DNA from: Adineta vaga
Lineage: Eukaryota > Animalia > Rotifera
Direction of reading: 5' to 3'
Length of the DNA: 64,000 nucleotides
Assembly (NCBI GenBank): GCA_021613535.1
Contig: CP075492.1
Coordinates: forward strand, 14,136,001-14,200,000
Of the stretch, positions 1-12,092 are shown one piece after another; position 1 is the first letter of the stretch, and each line of letters opens with the position of its first letter. The position numbers and the translations under genes are program-made. The notes under the pieces are model-generated. The model saw only the letters and a list, made by a program, of their open reading frames with translations. It did not search any database and had not been told where the DNA came from.

Positions 1-3000
1 TTTCTTTCGTTTTGTATTAAGAGAAAGATTTCTGCTACCTATTTTTCCTGTTACGGTTTATTTGACACTGATTTAAATAAATCTTTCTCTTTCCCTTTTT
101 TAAAAATTAGTTTTCTGCAATTTCTTATTTAGAATATAGGTGAGGCTGCTTCCGAATATTTCAATGTATAAAAAAATATATTCGTATGCATAGAATAAGT
201 ATTTGCGAAGCATAAATTATATGGATGAAAAATGAATTATCTCTCAGATTTTTTTTAGAAAATAGAGGTTTTGTTAAATATTTTTATTGACTAACTAGAA
301 ATAGAATGTAATGAGTGGTACACTACTTTAGATATTGATAAAAATTTAGACAAGTTTGAAAACATTACGAGCAGAGAGCTGATGAAAATGGCAACATAAA
401 TTAAAACGAGAAATAAAGCAGTTCAGTTTGAGGAATAGGAATATCGTTTTTTAGTGCCCCTTGAAATCAAAATAAAGTTGGAATAGTTTAGACGAAATGA
501 TTTCGAGTAGGAGGTAAAAAAGGCAGGGAGTACAATTGGTTAATGAAGTAAATATTTCTACAAAATTTGACAAGTTAAACATGTAACAAAGAGTTTAATA
601 ACTTAATTTAAAATGATTATCATAGGACTATCGCTAAATCTTCATTTTGTAGGAACGAACATCTACTAAGAGAATATAAAATAGAGAAATGATTGTGTCA
701 CTTAGATTTCTTACATAATAATATTTTGAAACACACTCTTTTATTCTTTGATAAAAAGAAAACGGTGTGAATGACAAAATGTTTCTTTATGAAAATCCGT
801 TTATAATATTCCATTCGATTCAGATAGATTTATTGATGAAGAAATCTATTTAATTTTCGTTTCTCTTGTTTCTGTCTATTTTTTTCGCGCATTCCAATCT
901 CAACTGAATTCTCATGTCAACTGTGACATTTTTATTTATAGATTTAGCAGTATCGTTCTGAGCTGTAGTAGATCTAAACACACAGGTAGTACTAGTTATT
1001 GATGGTAATACAGATAGAGACACAGAAAGTAAACATACAAGAGAAGAGATAGTTGACATGAAATACTCGCAGTCTTCACTTTAGCTAAATACTATAGTCA
1101 TTAATCGAATGTTTTCCAGCATACTATTGTTCATCTCCTTCATAACTCTGTAACAGCTATGAATTTTTGTTTTAGAAGATAAAGAATTTGCTGAGCCTGG
1201 TAGCTGTGACAAACTCTATCACAATTATTCATTTGTTCTATGTCCAATAACTAACGAAGCATAGTAAGACAACGGATTTAGACAAAATAATGTAAACGAA
1301 TACAACTTTTGTCATAGGCAATCGTATATTCGATGCTTTATTGCAAATATATTCTAGCAGAACTTCCATGTCTAGTGCGAGAAATATATGAACGAAATGC
1401 TGAAGGGCGTCGTATCTATTCATTTTGTCTGTCAACTATGAACTGTCCATGAAGTGTTATATTTGACTGAAAAGAACAAATAATAATCGAATGCTATGAT
1501 CCTTGTGCAAAATGTCACAAGTGTCGTTGTTCTTATTCTATTATCGTATAATCAGAAATTAACAAATGAACTTCAGACTTTTATGAGATTAAGAAAAATA
1601 ATGGAATAGAACTTTGATTTAAACGATTCAAAGGACATACTTTTTCTTTATGTTGATCGATTGAGTAATATCGCTTTCAAACAACTGAAGTAGATGAATA
1701 TGATCATTGGAATTTTCTAAATCATTCATGTGCTGCGTGAATATCAGTGGTCTATCCGTCTGAAATATGAGCATTATTGTAGACAAAATAGGCTAATACA
1801 ATCTACTGGTGATAGTAATTATTCATTTAATCAGTGAAACGTAAAGCTATGATTATGAACGAGTCATTCATTTCATATTAGTGAAATAGATGAATAGAAA
1901 TGTCTGCCCATGTGGAAAATGATTGTACATTTAGTATGTAATGTTTTCATCTGAAGCAATAAAGAACAGCTTGTTTCTAGAGGAGTCGTATTAATAAACG
2001 AGACTATTGGGTACTGACAATTTGTTTTTCATGTGATTATTTATTGTCTGCGTAGATTGGATACTTCGCATCGTTGTAGGTGAAATAGTTGAATAATATG
2101 AATGTAATAAGAATAATTTAGTTTTCATGTGATCATTTCACAGGTGAACAACATTCAATATCAAATACAAAGTGATTAGTATAGGAGATCATGGCCATTA
2201 CGACAATTATAACCAACCATTTATAGTGCCATCGTCGAACTGTGAGTATGCTTCGATCTTTCTTTGATGATATATCTTATTACTGAATAAGAACATTGGA
2301 GTCCGGAAGACAAGAAAATAATCATTCATTTTACATGGAATAACCTGTCTCAAAGAATAATTAACGTCTTCAATTTTAGGATCTTCGAAATAAGTGAATT
2401 CATCTCGCTGTGGTAAATAGTGATGGATGTATCATGAGATGTATGATTCACTTTGTCATTCGCATACATTAGTAGGATCTTTATGAGATAGATGAACAGA
2501 ATACCGATCATAGTCATCTATGAGTGATACATCTTCAATCCATATTGTAACTTGAAAAGTATTTCTGGTCCATGAGAATGATAAGCGAACGTCACGATGG
2601 TGGAAATAATATATTTGCCATATTACCTTTCATATTCTTGTCAACTCGTTGTACTTCTTCGAATTATAAAGTAAATAAATGAATGAATCCTTCGTTCGTA
2701 TAATACCATTTTGATACGAACTATATTTATTTAAATTAGGGCTGATTTTAAAACTGAGTCGCAAATATACATGAATAAAGTACTTACAATCCTACTATTC
2801 ATTTATATCGTACATTTCTTTTATTCAAACTGATTGAATTAAACCTTGATAGGAAATATTATTCAAGAATGGAATTTGCTTCGCTTTTATTCGTTAACAA
2901 TGTCATATTAACTCTATTGCATTCATTTCTATCAACCGCTTCTAAATAATCTTGATAATTGAACCGGCATATTTCACAAAGCGTTGTCACTATTCATCTC

Positions 3001-3365
3001 ACCTACGATCATTGATGACCTAGAACCAGGGCACCTATATTCATTACAAAGGAATGAATTTTGCGAACAGATCTGTCTCAACAATTCATTTAATACGTGA
3101 TAACAAATTGGCTGCATGAATTTTTCTATCTTTCCGGAGTCTCATATACGAACAGAGTAATGATCTCATATATTCATTAACTTTGTGATATGTTCTCAAA
3201 CATCAAACTTGAAAGCTCTCTTCAAGAGCTCATCCAACTAATAGAGAAATCTTTGGTACAAACTATTTACCTACCATACAATCTTCAAATAAGTGATCCA
3301 CACGTAGATATTACTTCACTGTCTTAACAAATACATGAATATGATATTGCGACTTGTTACTCGTA

Positions 3366-6300
3366 TTCAGTTGTTGTGTGATAGAGGTTGATGTGATTGA
3401 ATGTTGATGTTGGTATGGAAGTGGGAAAGAGAGTTGAATAGAAGAATTATGAGAGATGTTCAGTTGTTGTGTGATAGAGGATGATGTGATTGAATGTTTA
3501 TGTTGGTATGGAAGTGGGAAAGAGAGTTGAATAGAAGAATTATGAGAGATGTTCAGTTGTTGTGTGATAGAGGATGATGTGATTGAATGTTGATGTTGGT
3601 ATGGAAGTGGGAAAGAGAGTTGAATAGAAGAATGATGAGAGATGTTCAGTTGTTGTGTGATAGAGGATGATGTGATTGAATGTTGATGTTGGTATGGAAG
3701 TGGGAAAGGGAGTTGAATAGTCGATTCGTGGTAGATGTTCAGTTGTTGTGTGATAGAGGATGATGTGATTGAATGTTGATGTTGGTATGGAAGTGGGAAG
3801 GAGAGTTGAATTTCGGAGTGGTGGTAGATGTTCAGTTGTTGTGTGATAGAGGATGATGTGATTGAATGTTGATGTTGGTATGGAAGTGGGAAAGAGAGTT
3901 GAATAGAAGAATGATGAGAGATGTTCAGTTGTTGTGTGATAGAGGATGATGTGATTGAATGTTGATGTTGGTATGGAAGTGGGAAAGAGAGTTGAATAGA
4001 AGAATTATGAGAGATGTTCAGTTGTTGTGTGATAGAGGATGATGTGATTGAATGTTGATGTTGGTATGGAAGTGGGAAAGAGAGTTGAATAGAAGAATGA
4101 TGAGAGATGTTCAGTTGTTGTGTGATAGAGGATGATGTGATTGAATGTTGATGTTGGTATGGAAGTGGGAAAGAGAGTTGAATAGAAGAATGATGAGAGA
4201 TGTTCAGTTGTTGTGTGATAGAGGATGATGTGATTGAATGTTGATGTTGGTATGGAAGTGGGAAAGAGAGTTGAATAGAAGAATTATGAGAGATGTTCAG
4301 TTGTTGTGTGATAGAGGATGATGTGATTGAATGTTGATGTTGGTATGGAAGTGGGAAGGAGAGTTGAATAGAGGAATGATGAGAGATGTTCAGTTGTTGT
4401 GTGATAGAGGATGATGTGATTGAATGTTGATGTTGGTATGGAAGTGGGAAAGAGAGTTGAATAGAGGAATTATGGTAGATGTTCAGTTGTTGTGTGATAG
4501 AGGATGATGTGATTGAATGTTGATGTTGGTATGGAAGTGGGAAAGAGAGTTGAATAGTGGAGTAGTGGTAGATGTTCAGTTGTTGTGTGATAGAGGATGA
4601 TGTGATTGAATGTTGATGTTGGTATGGAAGTGGGAAAGAGAGTTGAATAGAGGAATCGTGGTAGATGTTCAGTTGTTGTGTGATAGAGGATGATGTGATT
4701 GAATGTTGATGTTGGTATGGAAGTGGGAAAGAGAGTTGAATTTAGGATTGGTGGTAGATGTTCAGTTGTTGTGTGATAGAGGATGATGTGATTGAATGTT
4801 GATGTTGGTATGGAAGTGGGAAAGAGAGTTGAATAGAAGAATTATGAGAGATGTTCAGTTGTTGTGTGATAGAGGATGATGTGATTGAATGTTGATGTTG
4901 GTATGGAAGTGGGAAGGAGAGTTGAATTTCGGAGTGGTGGTAGATGTTCAGTTGTTGTGTGATAGAGGATGATGTGATTGAATGTTTATGTTGGTATGGA
5001 AGTGGGAAGGAGAGTTGAATTTCGGAGTAGTGGTAGATGTTCAGTTGTTGTGTGATAGAGGATGATGTGATTGAATGTTGATGTTGGTATGGAAGTGGGA
5101 AAGAGAGTTGAATTTCGGAGTGGTGGTAGATGTTCAGTTGTTGTGTGATAGAGGATGATGTGATTGAATGTTGATGTTGGTATGGAAGTGGGAAAGAGAG
5201 TTGAATAGAAGAATGATGAGAGATGTTCAGTTGTTGTGTGATAGAGGATGATGTGATTGAATGTTGATGTTGGTATGGAAGTGGGAAGGAGAGTTGAATA
5301 GAAGAATGATGAGAGATGTTCAGTTGTTGTGTGATAGAGGATGATGTGATTGAATGTTTATGTTGGTATGGAAGTGGGAAAGAGAGTTGAATAGAAGAAT
5401 TATGAGAGATGTTCAGTTGTTGTGTGATAGAGGATGATGTGATTGAATGTTGATGTTGGTATGGAAGTGGGAAAGAGTTGAATAGAAGAATGATGAGAGA
5501 TGTTCAGTTGTTGTGTGATAGAGGATGATGTGATTGAATGTTGATGTTGGTATGGAAGTGGGAAAGGGAGTTGAATAGTCGATTCGTGGTAGATGTTCAG
5601 TTGTTGTGTGATAGAGGATGATGTGATTGAATGTTGATGTTGGTATGGAAGTGGGAAGGAGAGTTGAATTTCGGAGTGGTGGTAGATGTTCAGTTGTTGT
5701 GTGATAGAGGATGATGTGATTGAATGTTGATGTTGGTATGGAAGTGGGAAGGAGAGTTGAATAGAAGAATGATGAGAGATGTTCAGTTGTTGTGTGATAG
5801 AGGATGATGTGATTGAATGTTGATGTTGGTATGGAAGTGGGAAAGAGAGTTGAATTTAGGAGTCTTGAGAGATGTTCAGTTGTTGTGTGATAGAGGATGA
5901 TGTGATTGAATGTTGATGTTGGTATGGAAGTGGGAAAGAGAGTTGAATTTCGGAGTGGTGGTAGATGTTCAGTTGTTGTGTGATAGAGGATGATGTGATT
6001 GAATGTTGATGTTGGTATGGAAGTGGGAAAGAGAGTTGAATAGAAGAATTATGAGAGATGTTCAGTTGTTGTGTGATAGAGGATGATGTGATTGAATGTT
6101 GATGTTGGTATGGAAGTGGGAAGGAGAGTTGAATTTCGGAGTGGTGGTAGATGTTCAGTTGTTGTGTGATAGAGGATGATGTGATTGAATGTTTATGTTG
6201 GTATGGAAGTGGGAAGGAGAGTTGAATTTCGGAGTAGTGGTAGATGTTCAGTTGTTGTGTGATAGAGGATGATGTGATTGAATGTTGATGTTGGTATGGA

Positions 6301-8816
6301 AGTGGGAAGGAGAGTTGAATTTCGGAGTGGTGGTAGATGTTCAGTTGTTGTGTGATAGAGGATGATGTGATTGAATGTTGATGTTGGTATGGAAGTGGGA
6401 AAGAGAGTTGAATAGAAGAATTATGAGAGATGTTCAGTTGTTGTGTGATAGAGGATGATGTGATTGAATGTTGATGTTGGTATGGAAGTGGGAAAGAGAG
6501 TTGAATAGAAGAATTATGAGAGATGTTCAGTTGTTGTGTGATAGAGGATGATGTGATTGAATGTTTATGTTGGTATGGAAGTGGGAAGGAGAGTTGAATT
6601 TCGGAGTGGTGGTAGATGTTCAGTTGTTGTGTGATAGAGGATGATGTGATTGAATGTTGATGTTGGTATGGAAGTGGGAAAGAGAGTTGAATAGAAGAAT
6701 GATGAGAGATGTTCAGTTGTTGTGTGATAGAGGATGATGTGATTGAATGTTGATGTTGGTATGGAAGTGGGAAGGAGAGTTGAATAGAAGAATGATGAGA
6801 GATGTTCAGTTGTTGTGTGATAGAGGATGATGTGATTGAATGTTTATGTTGGTATGGAAGTGGGAAAGAGAGTTGAATAGAAGAATTATGAGAGATGTTC
6901 AGTTGTTGTGTGATAGAGGATGATGTGATTGAATGTTGATGTTGGTATGGAAGTGGGAAAGAGAGTTGAATAGAAGAATGATGAGAGATGTTCAGTTGTT
7001 GTGTGATAGAGGATGATGTGATTGAATGTTGATGTTGGTATGGAAGTGGGAAAGGGAGTTGAATAGTCGATTCGTGGTAGATGTTCAGTTGTTGTGTGAT
7101 AGAGGATGATGTGATTGAATGTTGATGTTGGTATGGAAGTGGGAAGGAGAGTTGAATTTCGGAGTGGTGGTAGATGTTCAGTTGTTGTGTGATAGAGGAT
7201 GATGTGATTGAATGTTGATGTTGGTATGGAAGTGGGAAGGAGAGTTGAATAGAAGAATGATGAGAGATGTTCAGTTGTTGTGTGATAGAGGATGATGTGA
7301 TTGAATGTTGATGTTGGTATGGAAGTGGGAAAGAGAGTTGAATAGTGGAGTCTTGAGAGATGTTCAGTTGTTGTGTGATAGAGGATGATGTGATTGAATG
7401 TTGATGTTGGTATGGAAGTGGGAAAGAGAGTTGAATTTCGGAGTGGTGGTAGATGTTCAGTTGTTGTGTGATAGAGGATGATGTGATTGAATGTTGATGT
7501 TGGTATGGAAGTGGGAAAGAGAGTTGAATAGAAGAATTATGAGAGATGTTCAGTTGTTGTGTGATAGAGGATGATGTGATTGAATGTTGATGTTGGTATG
7601 GAAGTGGGAAGGAGAGTTGAATTTCGGAGTGGTGGTAGATGTTCAGTTGTTGTGTGATAGAGGATGATGTGATTGAATGTTTATGTTGGTATGGAAGTGG
7701 GAAGGAGAGTTGAATTTCGGAGTAGTGGTAGATGTTCAGTTGTTGTGTGATAGAGGATGATGTGATTGAATGTTGATGTTGGTATGGAAGTGGGAAGGAG
7801 AGTTGAATTTCGGAGTGGTGGTAGATGTTCAGTTGTTGTGTGATAGAGGATGATGTGATTGAATGTTGATGTTGGTATGGAAGTGGGAAAGAGAGTTGAA
7901 TAGAAGAATTATGAGAGATGTTCAGTTGTTGTGTGATAGAGGATGATGTGATTGAATGTTGATGTTGGTATGGAAGTGGGAAAGAGAGTTGAATAGAAGA
8001 ATTATGAGAGATGTTCAGTTGTTGTGTGATAGAGGATGATGTGATTGAATGTTTATGTTGGTATGGAAGTGGGAAGGAGAGTTGAATTTCGGAGTGGTGG
8101 TAGATGTTCAGTTGTTGTGTGATAGAGGATGATGTGATTGAATGTTGATGTTGGTATGGAAGTGGGAAAGAGAGTTGAATTTAGGAGTCTTGATAGATGT
8201 TCAGTTGTTGTGTGATAGAGGATGATGTGATTGAATGTTGATGTTGGTATGGAAGTGGGAAAGAGAGTTGAATTTAGGAGTCTTGAGAGATGTTCAGTTG
8301 TTGTGTGATAGAGGATGATGTGATTGAATGTTTATGTTGGTATGGAAGTGGGAAGGAGAGTTGAATTTCGGAGTGGTGGTAGATGTTCAGTTGTTGTGTG
8401 ATAGAGGATGATGTGATTGAATGTTGATGTTGGTATGGAAGTGGGAAAGAGAGTTGAATAGTCGATTCGTGCTAGATGTTCAGTTGTTGTGTGATAGAGG
8501 ATGATGTGATTGAATGTTGATGTTGGTATGGAAGTGTGAAAGAGAGTTGAATTTAGGAGTCTTGATAGATGTTCAGTTGTTGTGTGATAGAGGATGATGT
8601 GATTGAATGTTGATGTTGGTATGGAAGTGGGAAAGAGAGTTGAATTTAGGAGTCTTGAGAGATGTTCAGTTGTTGTGTGATAGAGGATGATGTGATTGAA
8701 TGTTGATGTTGGTATGGAAGTGGGAAAGAGAGTTGAATTTAGGAGTGGTGGTAGATGTTCAGTTGTTGTGTGATAGAGGATGATGTGATTGAATGTTGAT
8801 GTTGGTATGGAAGTGG
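3366..8816. repeat. Tandem array of 93-bp units (about 58.6 copies) with a 14-nt hypervariable cassette in each unit
   Basis: Constant part is agatgttcagttgttgtgtgatagaggatgatgtgattgaatgttgatgttggtatggaagtgggaa(a/g)gagagttgaat, followed by a 14-nt variable segment. Period is 93 bp (gttcag at 3458 and 3551). The + strand is G/T-rich and almost free of C. Confidence 0.98.
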
Positions 8817-8957
8817 CAGCCAAAGATGGATTACATCCTCATGTATGCCTATGCGAGATGCATTAACTTGTTCAATGAACATTCTGCGACTGAGGATAAC
8901 ACTCTTTGTAAATCGATTCGTTGGATGATAATTTAATATTCTTAAAATAAAAAATGA

Positions 8958-9043
8958 CTGGAAACCAGAAAAGGGACACAGCGCGTTAATGCGAGCAAGC
9001 GCAAGCGCTTGCGAGCACGCTCCGAAAAACCGTCGATAGACGG
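8958..9043. other. Cluster of GC-rich mini-hairpins flanking the array
   Basis: ctgg-aaa-ccag (8958-8968), gcaagcgc-aa-gcgcttgc (8995-9012), gagc-ac-gctc (9013-9022) and ccgtc-gata-gacgg (9030-9043), set in an AT-rich background. Confidence 0.7.
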
Positions 9044-9470
9044 CGCTAATTTACGGTGAATTAATTTTTTCCCTTATAAACATAAATACTTATATACGTA
9101 GCCACTGCAAAAGGACACAGAATAATGAAACATTTCAAGTGATACTGAGATATATATCCTTTCGCAAACGCACCCGCTATGAATACCGTTCTGCTCACAC
9201 TTTGCAAGGATTGCTTAATCTCAATCTACCATACAATTGCCACGGGATGTTGCTTTAACTGCACATCTGCTTCGAAATATAAACTGAACAAATCCTTTAT
9301 ACACATATTTTACGCATATTGAAAAATCACGATCGCCCTCTGATCTGCGCATCTAAAACGAAGAAATCCTCTTTCTGCACAATGCATTCAAACCAAGGCA
9401 ACTTTAAACTGCACTATAAAGCACTCGAAAAGGTTCCCTTTATCACCCATACAATCACACTTAAGGTTTC

Positions 9471-9502
9471 CTCTCTTTCCCACTTCCATACCAACATCAA
9501 CA
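9471..9502 (-). repeat. Isolated inverted 32-bp copy of part of the array unit
   Basis: ctctctttcccacttccataccaacatcaaca is the exact reverse complement of tgttgatgttggtatggaagtgggaaagagag in the array unit. Confidence 0.9.
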
Positions 9503-10399
9503 CTGAAACGTATTCGCTCTTTAGTGCAGAAGTGTTTTCATTCTAATATTGGAATGGGAAGAAACTCGTGAAAATGTTCGACGTATAGAAGTCGGTAGTT
9601 TGACAAGCGTCGCTAGTGATTCGAAGTTGTTTGCCGGTTTCATTTGTGTTTAAGAAAGGCGAACTGTTTAAGTTGCTGGTCTAAATTCATCAATTTTTAC
9701 TCTTGCGGATAGTAATATAAAATGAAAGTAGTCAATCAGTACATTAATAACGTGAAATCCGATTCTCCAGAGAGTTCGATATTTTTAGCTGTTTTCTTTG
9801 GTTCAACAGGCCATTTTGACACAGTATGAAGGTAATCATGATTAAAATCGCTTTATATAAGACAAAATCTTGATTAATAAGAGACAAGAGCAGATGAGAT
9901 GAATGGGGAATTGCCGCTGTACTTATCAAGTGTCTTCATTTTATGATATTTTCAGCGTGTGTAAAAAATGATGATTTTTCGACCATCCCCTTTATTCAAA
10001 TCTGACTGCACAACAAGGTTATTCTATATTCGTATTGTTAGTTGAGATGGTAAAGGGCACTCTAGTATTTATCTTCGTCGAGCCGCTCCTGCGGTCTTTT
10101 TGCAGTGTTCATGTTGGGCGCTCGGAATCTTTTCGTCAGGAAATCATTTTTAAATCAGGTTAATATTCGTACACATGGGCCACTTATAAGTCTGATAAAT
10201 ATTCAGCAGTTTTTCATTTATCGGTTGATGAATTTATTATTTAATAATTATTGCAGATGAGTCGATATACTCATCAAGTAGATTAAAAAAAAATAAGCGA
10301 AGAATGAGAAATCTTCGGAAAGGGTATATGACGTTAAACTCAGTTTATGTACATGAATAGTTTTTTGCTTTTGTAAAAATTAGATCGCAATTATTAGAT

Positions 10400-11961
10400 G
10401 TATGTCTGAATAAGAAAAGTACTTCTAGTTCGGTTCGTTCGATTGCATCGGATCGTCTTCTCTCGACCAAAGACTCGTTATCCTTCGGGAAGACCAGGGG
10501 CGTCCCGAGAGGGGGGCGCGTGGGGCGTAACGCCCCCCCCTGCTTCGGGAAAATTTTTGTTTTTTTTGCTCGCCAAAATTTTTTGCAGCAGAAAAAAAAA
10601 ATTTTTTCGGAAAATTTTCAAAAATTTTTCGCTGCGCCCCCCCTGCTTTTGGCACCTCGGGACGCCCCTGACGATTCGTATACTTGAACGAAGCCTTTTC
10701 AGATTCAAGATCATAGTAAATTTCAATCGTTTTCGCCACTGTATGATATTGACTATTCGATCTAGTGATAACAGCAATTGAGATAATGAAACCATTCTGC
10801 TTCAGTTTTTCTGCCATTTGTGTGCTTTTGTGACTGAAGAAGAATGGCTATAGCGACATCGATGAACATAATATTGAGTAATTATATACAACTAAATCGT
10901 TACATTAGCTATTGTTTCGTCCTCTCTCATCTTTGTTCCTGAAAAGTTGAGTAGAATCAATTTCTTTACCTAAATTTTGCTATACTGAACACTTTAGCAA
11001 TGACAGTCGTAATACAGTTGCTTTCGTTGAATCCATCACCTACCACCAGTTTTAACGTATGAATATAGCAGGGTATTCGTAAAAGTTCGCTGGTACTGAG
11101 CGATGTATCACACCAGTGACAAATCACATCTTTTTCGTTTCCACTTCCTATTTCATCATCATCTTGTTCGTCAACAGATTCACTTGAAGGTTCCTCAAAG
11201 TAAGTTTCGAAACCAGGCACAATAACAGTACCATACGCTTTGATATTGTACGATGTCGTGATCATTTCGTATTCTTTGAACAATTTTTCGACGGTATGGC
11301 TGCCTTAACAGAAACATTTGACAGAAAAGAGTTTTAAATAAGTACATGGTTTGATATGCATATCAGACAGATATTTGAATGCCAAAAAATGAGAATGAAA
11401 AATATTTTGATCTATCAAATGAATGGTGATATGGCATAGAAGGAACGCACTCTGCGATGAGTCCAAAGATCAAATCATGTGTTATCATTCTTGACAATTC
11501 GACTTGTCGTGGATGGTTACTTGAATATTTTGTTCCATCTTGAGGGCTTGTCATTGCTGTCTTGCTATCCGGTTGTTGAGATAGAATTTTCTCTTCTTTC
11601 AAAGCCAATATATTCGACCATCTCTTATATTCATCCATGTGATGGCGTTTAACGTGACGTACAAAATTGAAATATGAATCACCAGAGTTATTCACGGTAC
11701 CACTGCAGAGTAAGCACATAGCCGACTTGTGCCAAACAGGATGATCCAAGCTTTATCTTTTGCGTTGGAATCTGCCACGATTGTTGGGCTCACAAGAACG
11801 GCAGGATCGTCATCAATTGTAATCGTTGCAGCATCATAAGATTTATCAGGATCAGAAGCCATTTTAAATGAAAGACAAATAGCACAGCTTCTCAGAAATC
11901 GTCCGTATGCAATATAGCAAGCAAAGTTTGTTTGTGTACAGCTCGTTGTGCTTGCTAACAA
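10400..11961 (-). mobile_element. Decayed hAT-superfamily transposase remnant (boundaries approximate)
   Basis: BED zinc finger (CLLC...NFVRHVKRHH) in ORF 11363-11749 and hAT CxxH motif (RIPCYIHTLKLVV) in ORF 10966-11283. The frame is broken across several ORFs. Confidence 0.75.
10495..10670. mobile_element. 176-bp MITE with 15-bp perfect terminal inverted repeats
   Basis: caggggcgtcccgag ... ctcgggacgcccctg, with GC-rich arms and A/T tracts inside. Flanked by AC on both sides; no 8-bp target-site duplication. Confidence 0.88.
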
Positions 11962-12092
11962 ATTCCCTCTCTAATCGTACGGCCTGTTTGTTAAGTATGT
12001 TAATAATTTACACGTAAATTTATTCTGTTACAAAAAAAAGGCCTCCAGATTAGAATACTTAAAGTGTTAAAATAAAGAAAAATTCATTTAGT

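Noticed and set aside
2229-2600. Short inverted repeat ccatcgt...acgatgg as a MITE
   Set aside because: Only 7 bp with no TSD, which is compatible with chance.
850-3360. Possible decayed F-box/LRR gene on the minus strand
   Set aside because: Only vague compositional resemblance; I could not support a motif or exon chain.
3366-8816. True CRISPR array
   Set aside because: The constant part (79 bp) is too long, the 14-nt spacers are related and reused, no cas genes are present, and the context is eukaryotic.
8332-8823. 163-aa repeat ORF, or the array as a 31-aa repeat protein
   Set aside because: All three + frames and one - frame stop in every unit. The other two - frames are interrupted by stops in common variants, and a 2-bp deletion shifts the frame.
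8817-10400. Hammerhead ribozyme or Athena/Terminon element next to the array
   Set aside because: I found no CTGANGA...GAAA core with stems and no reverse-transcriptase motifs by eye.
10425-10817. Three overlapping ORFs
   Set aside because: They are by-products of the GC-rich MITE sitting in transposase debris.
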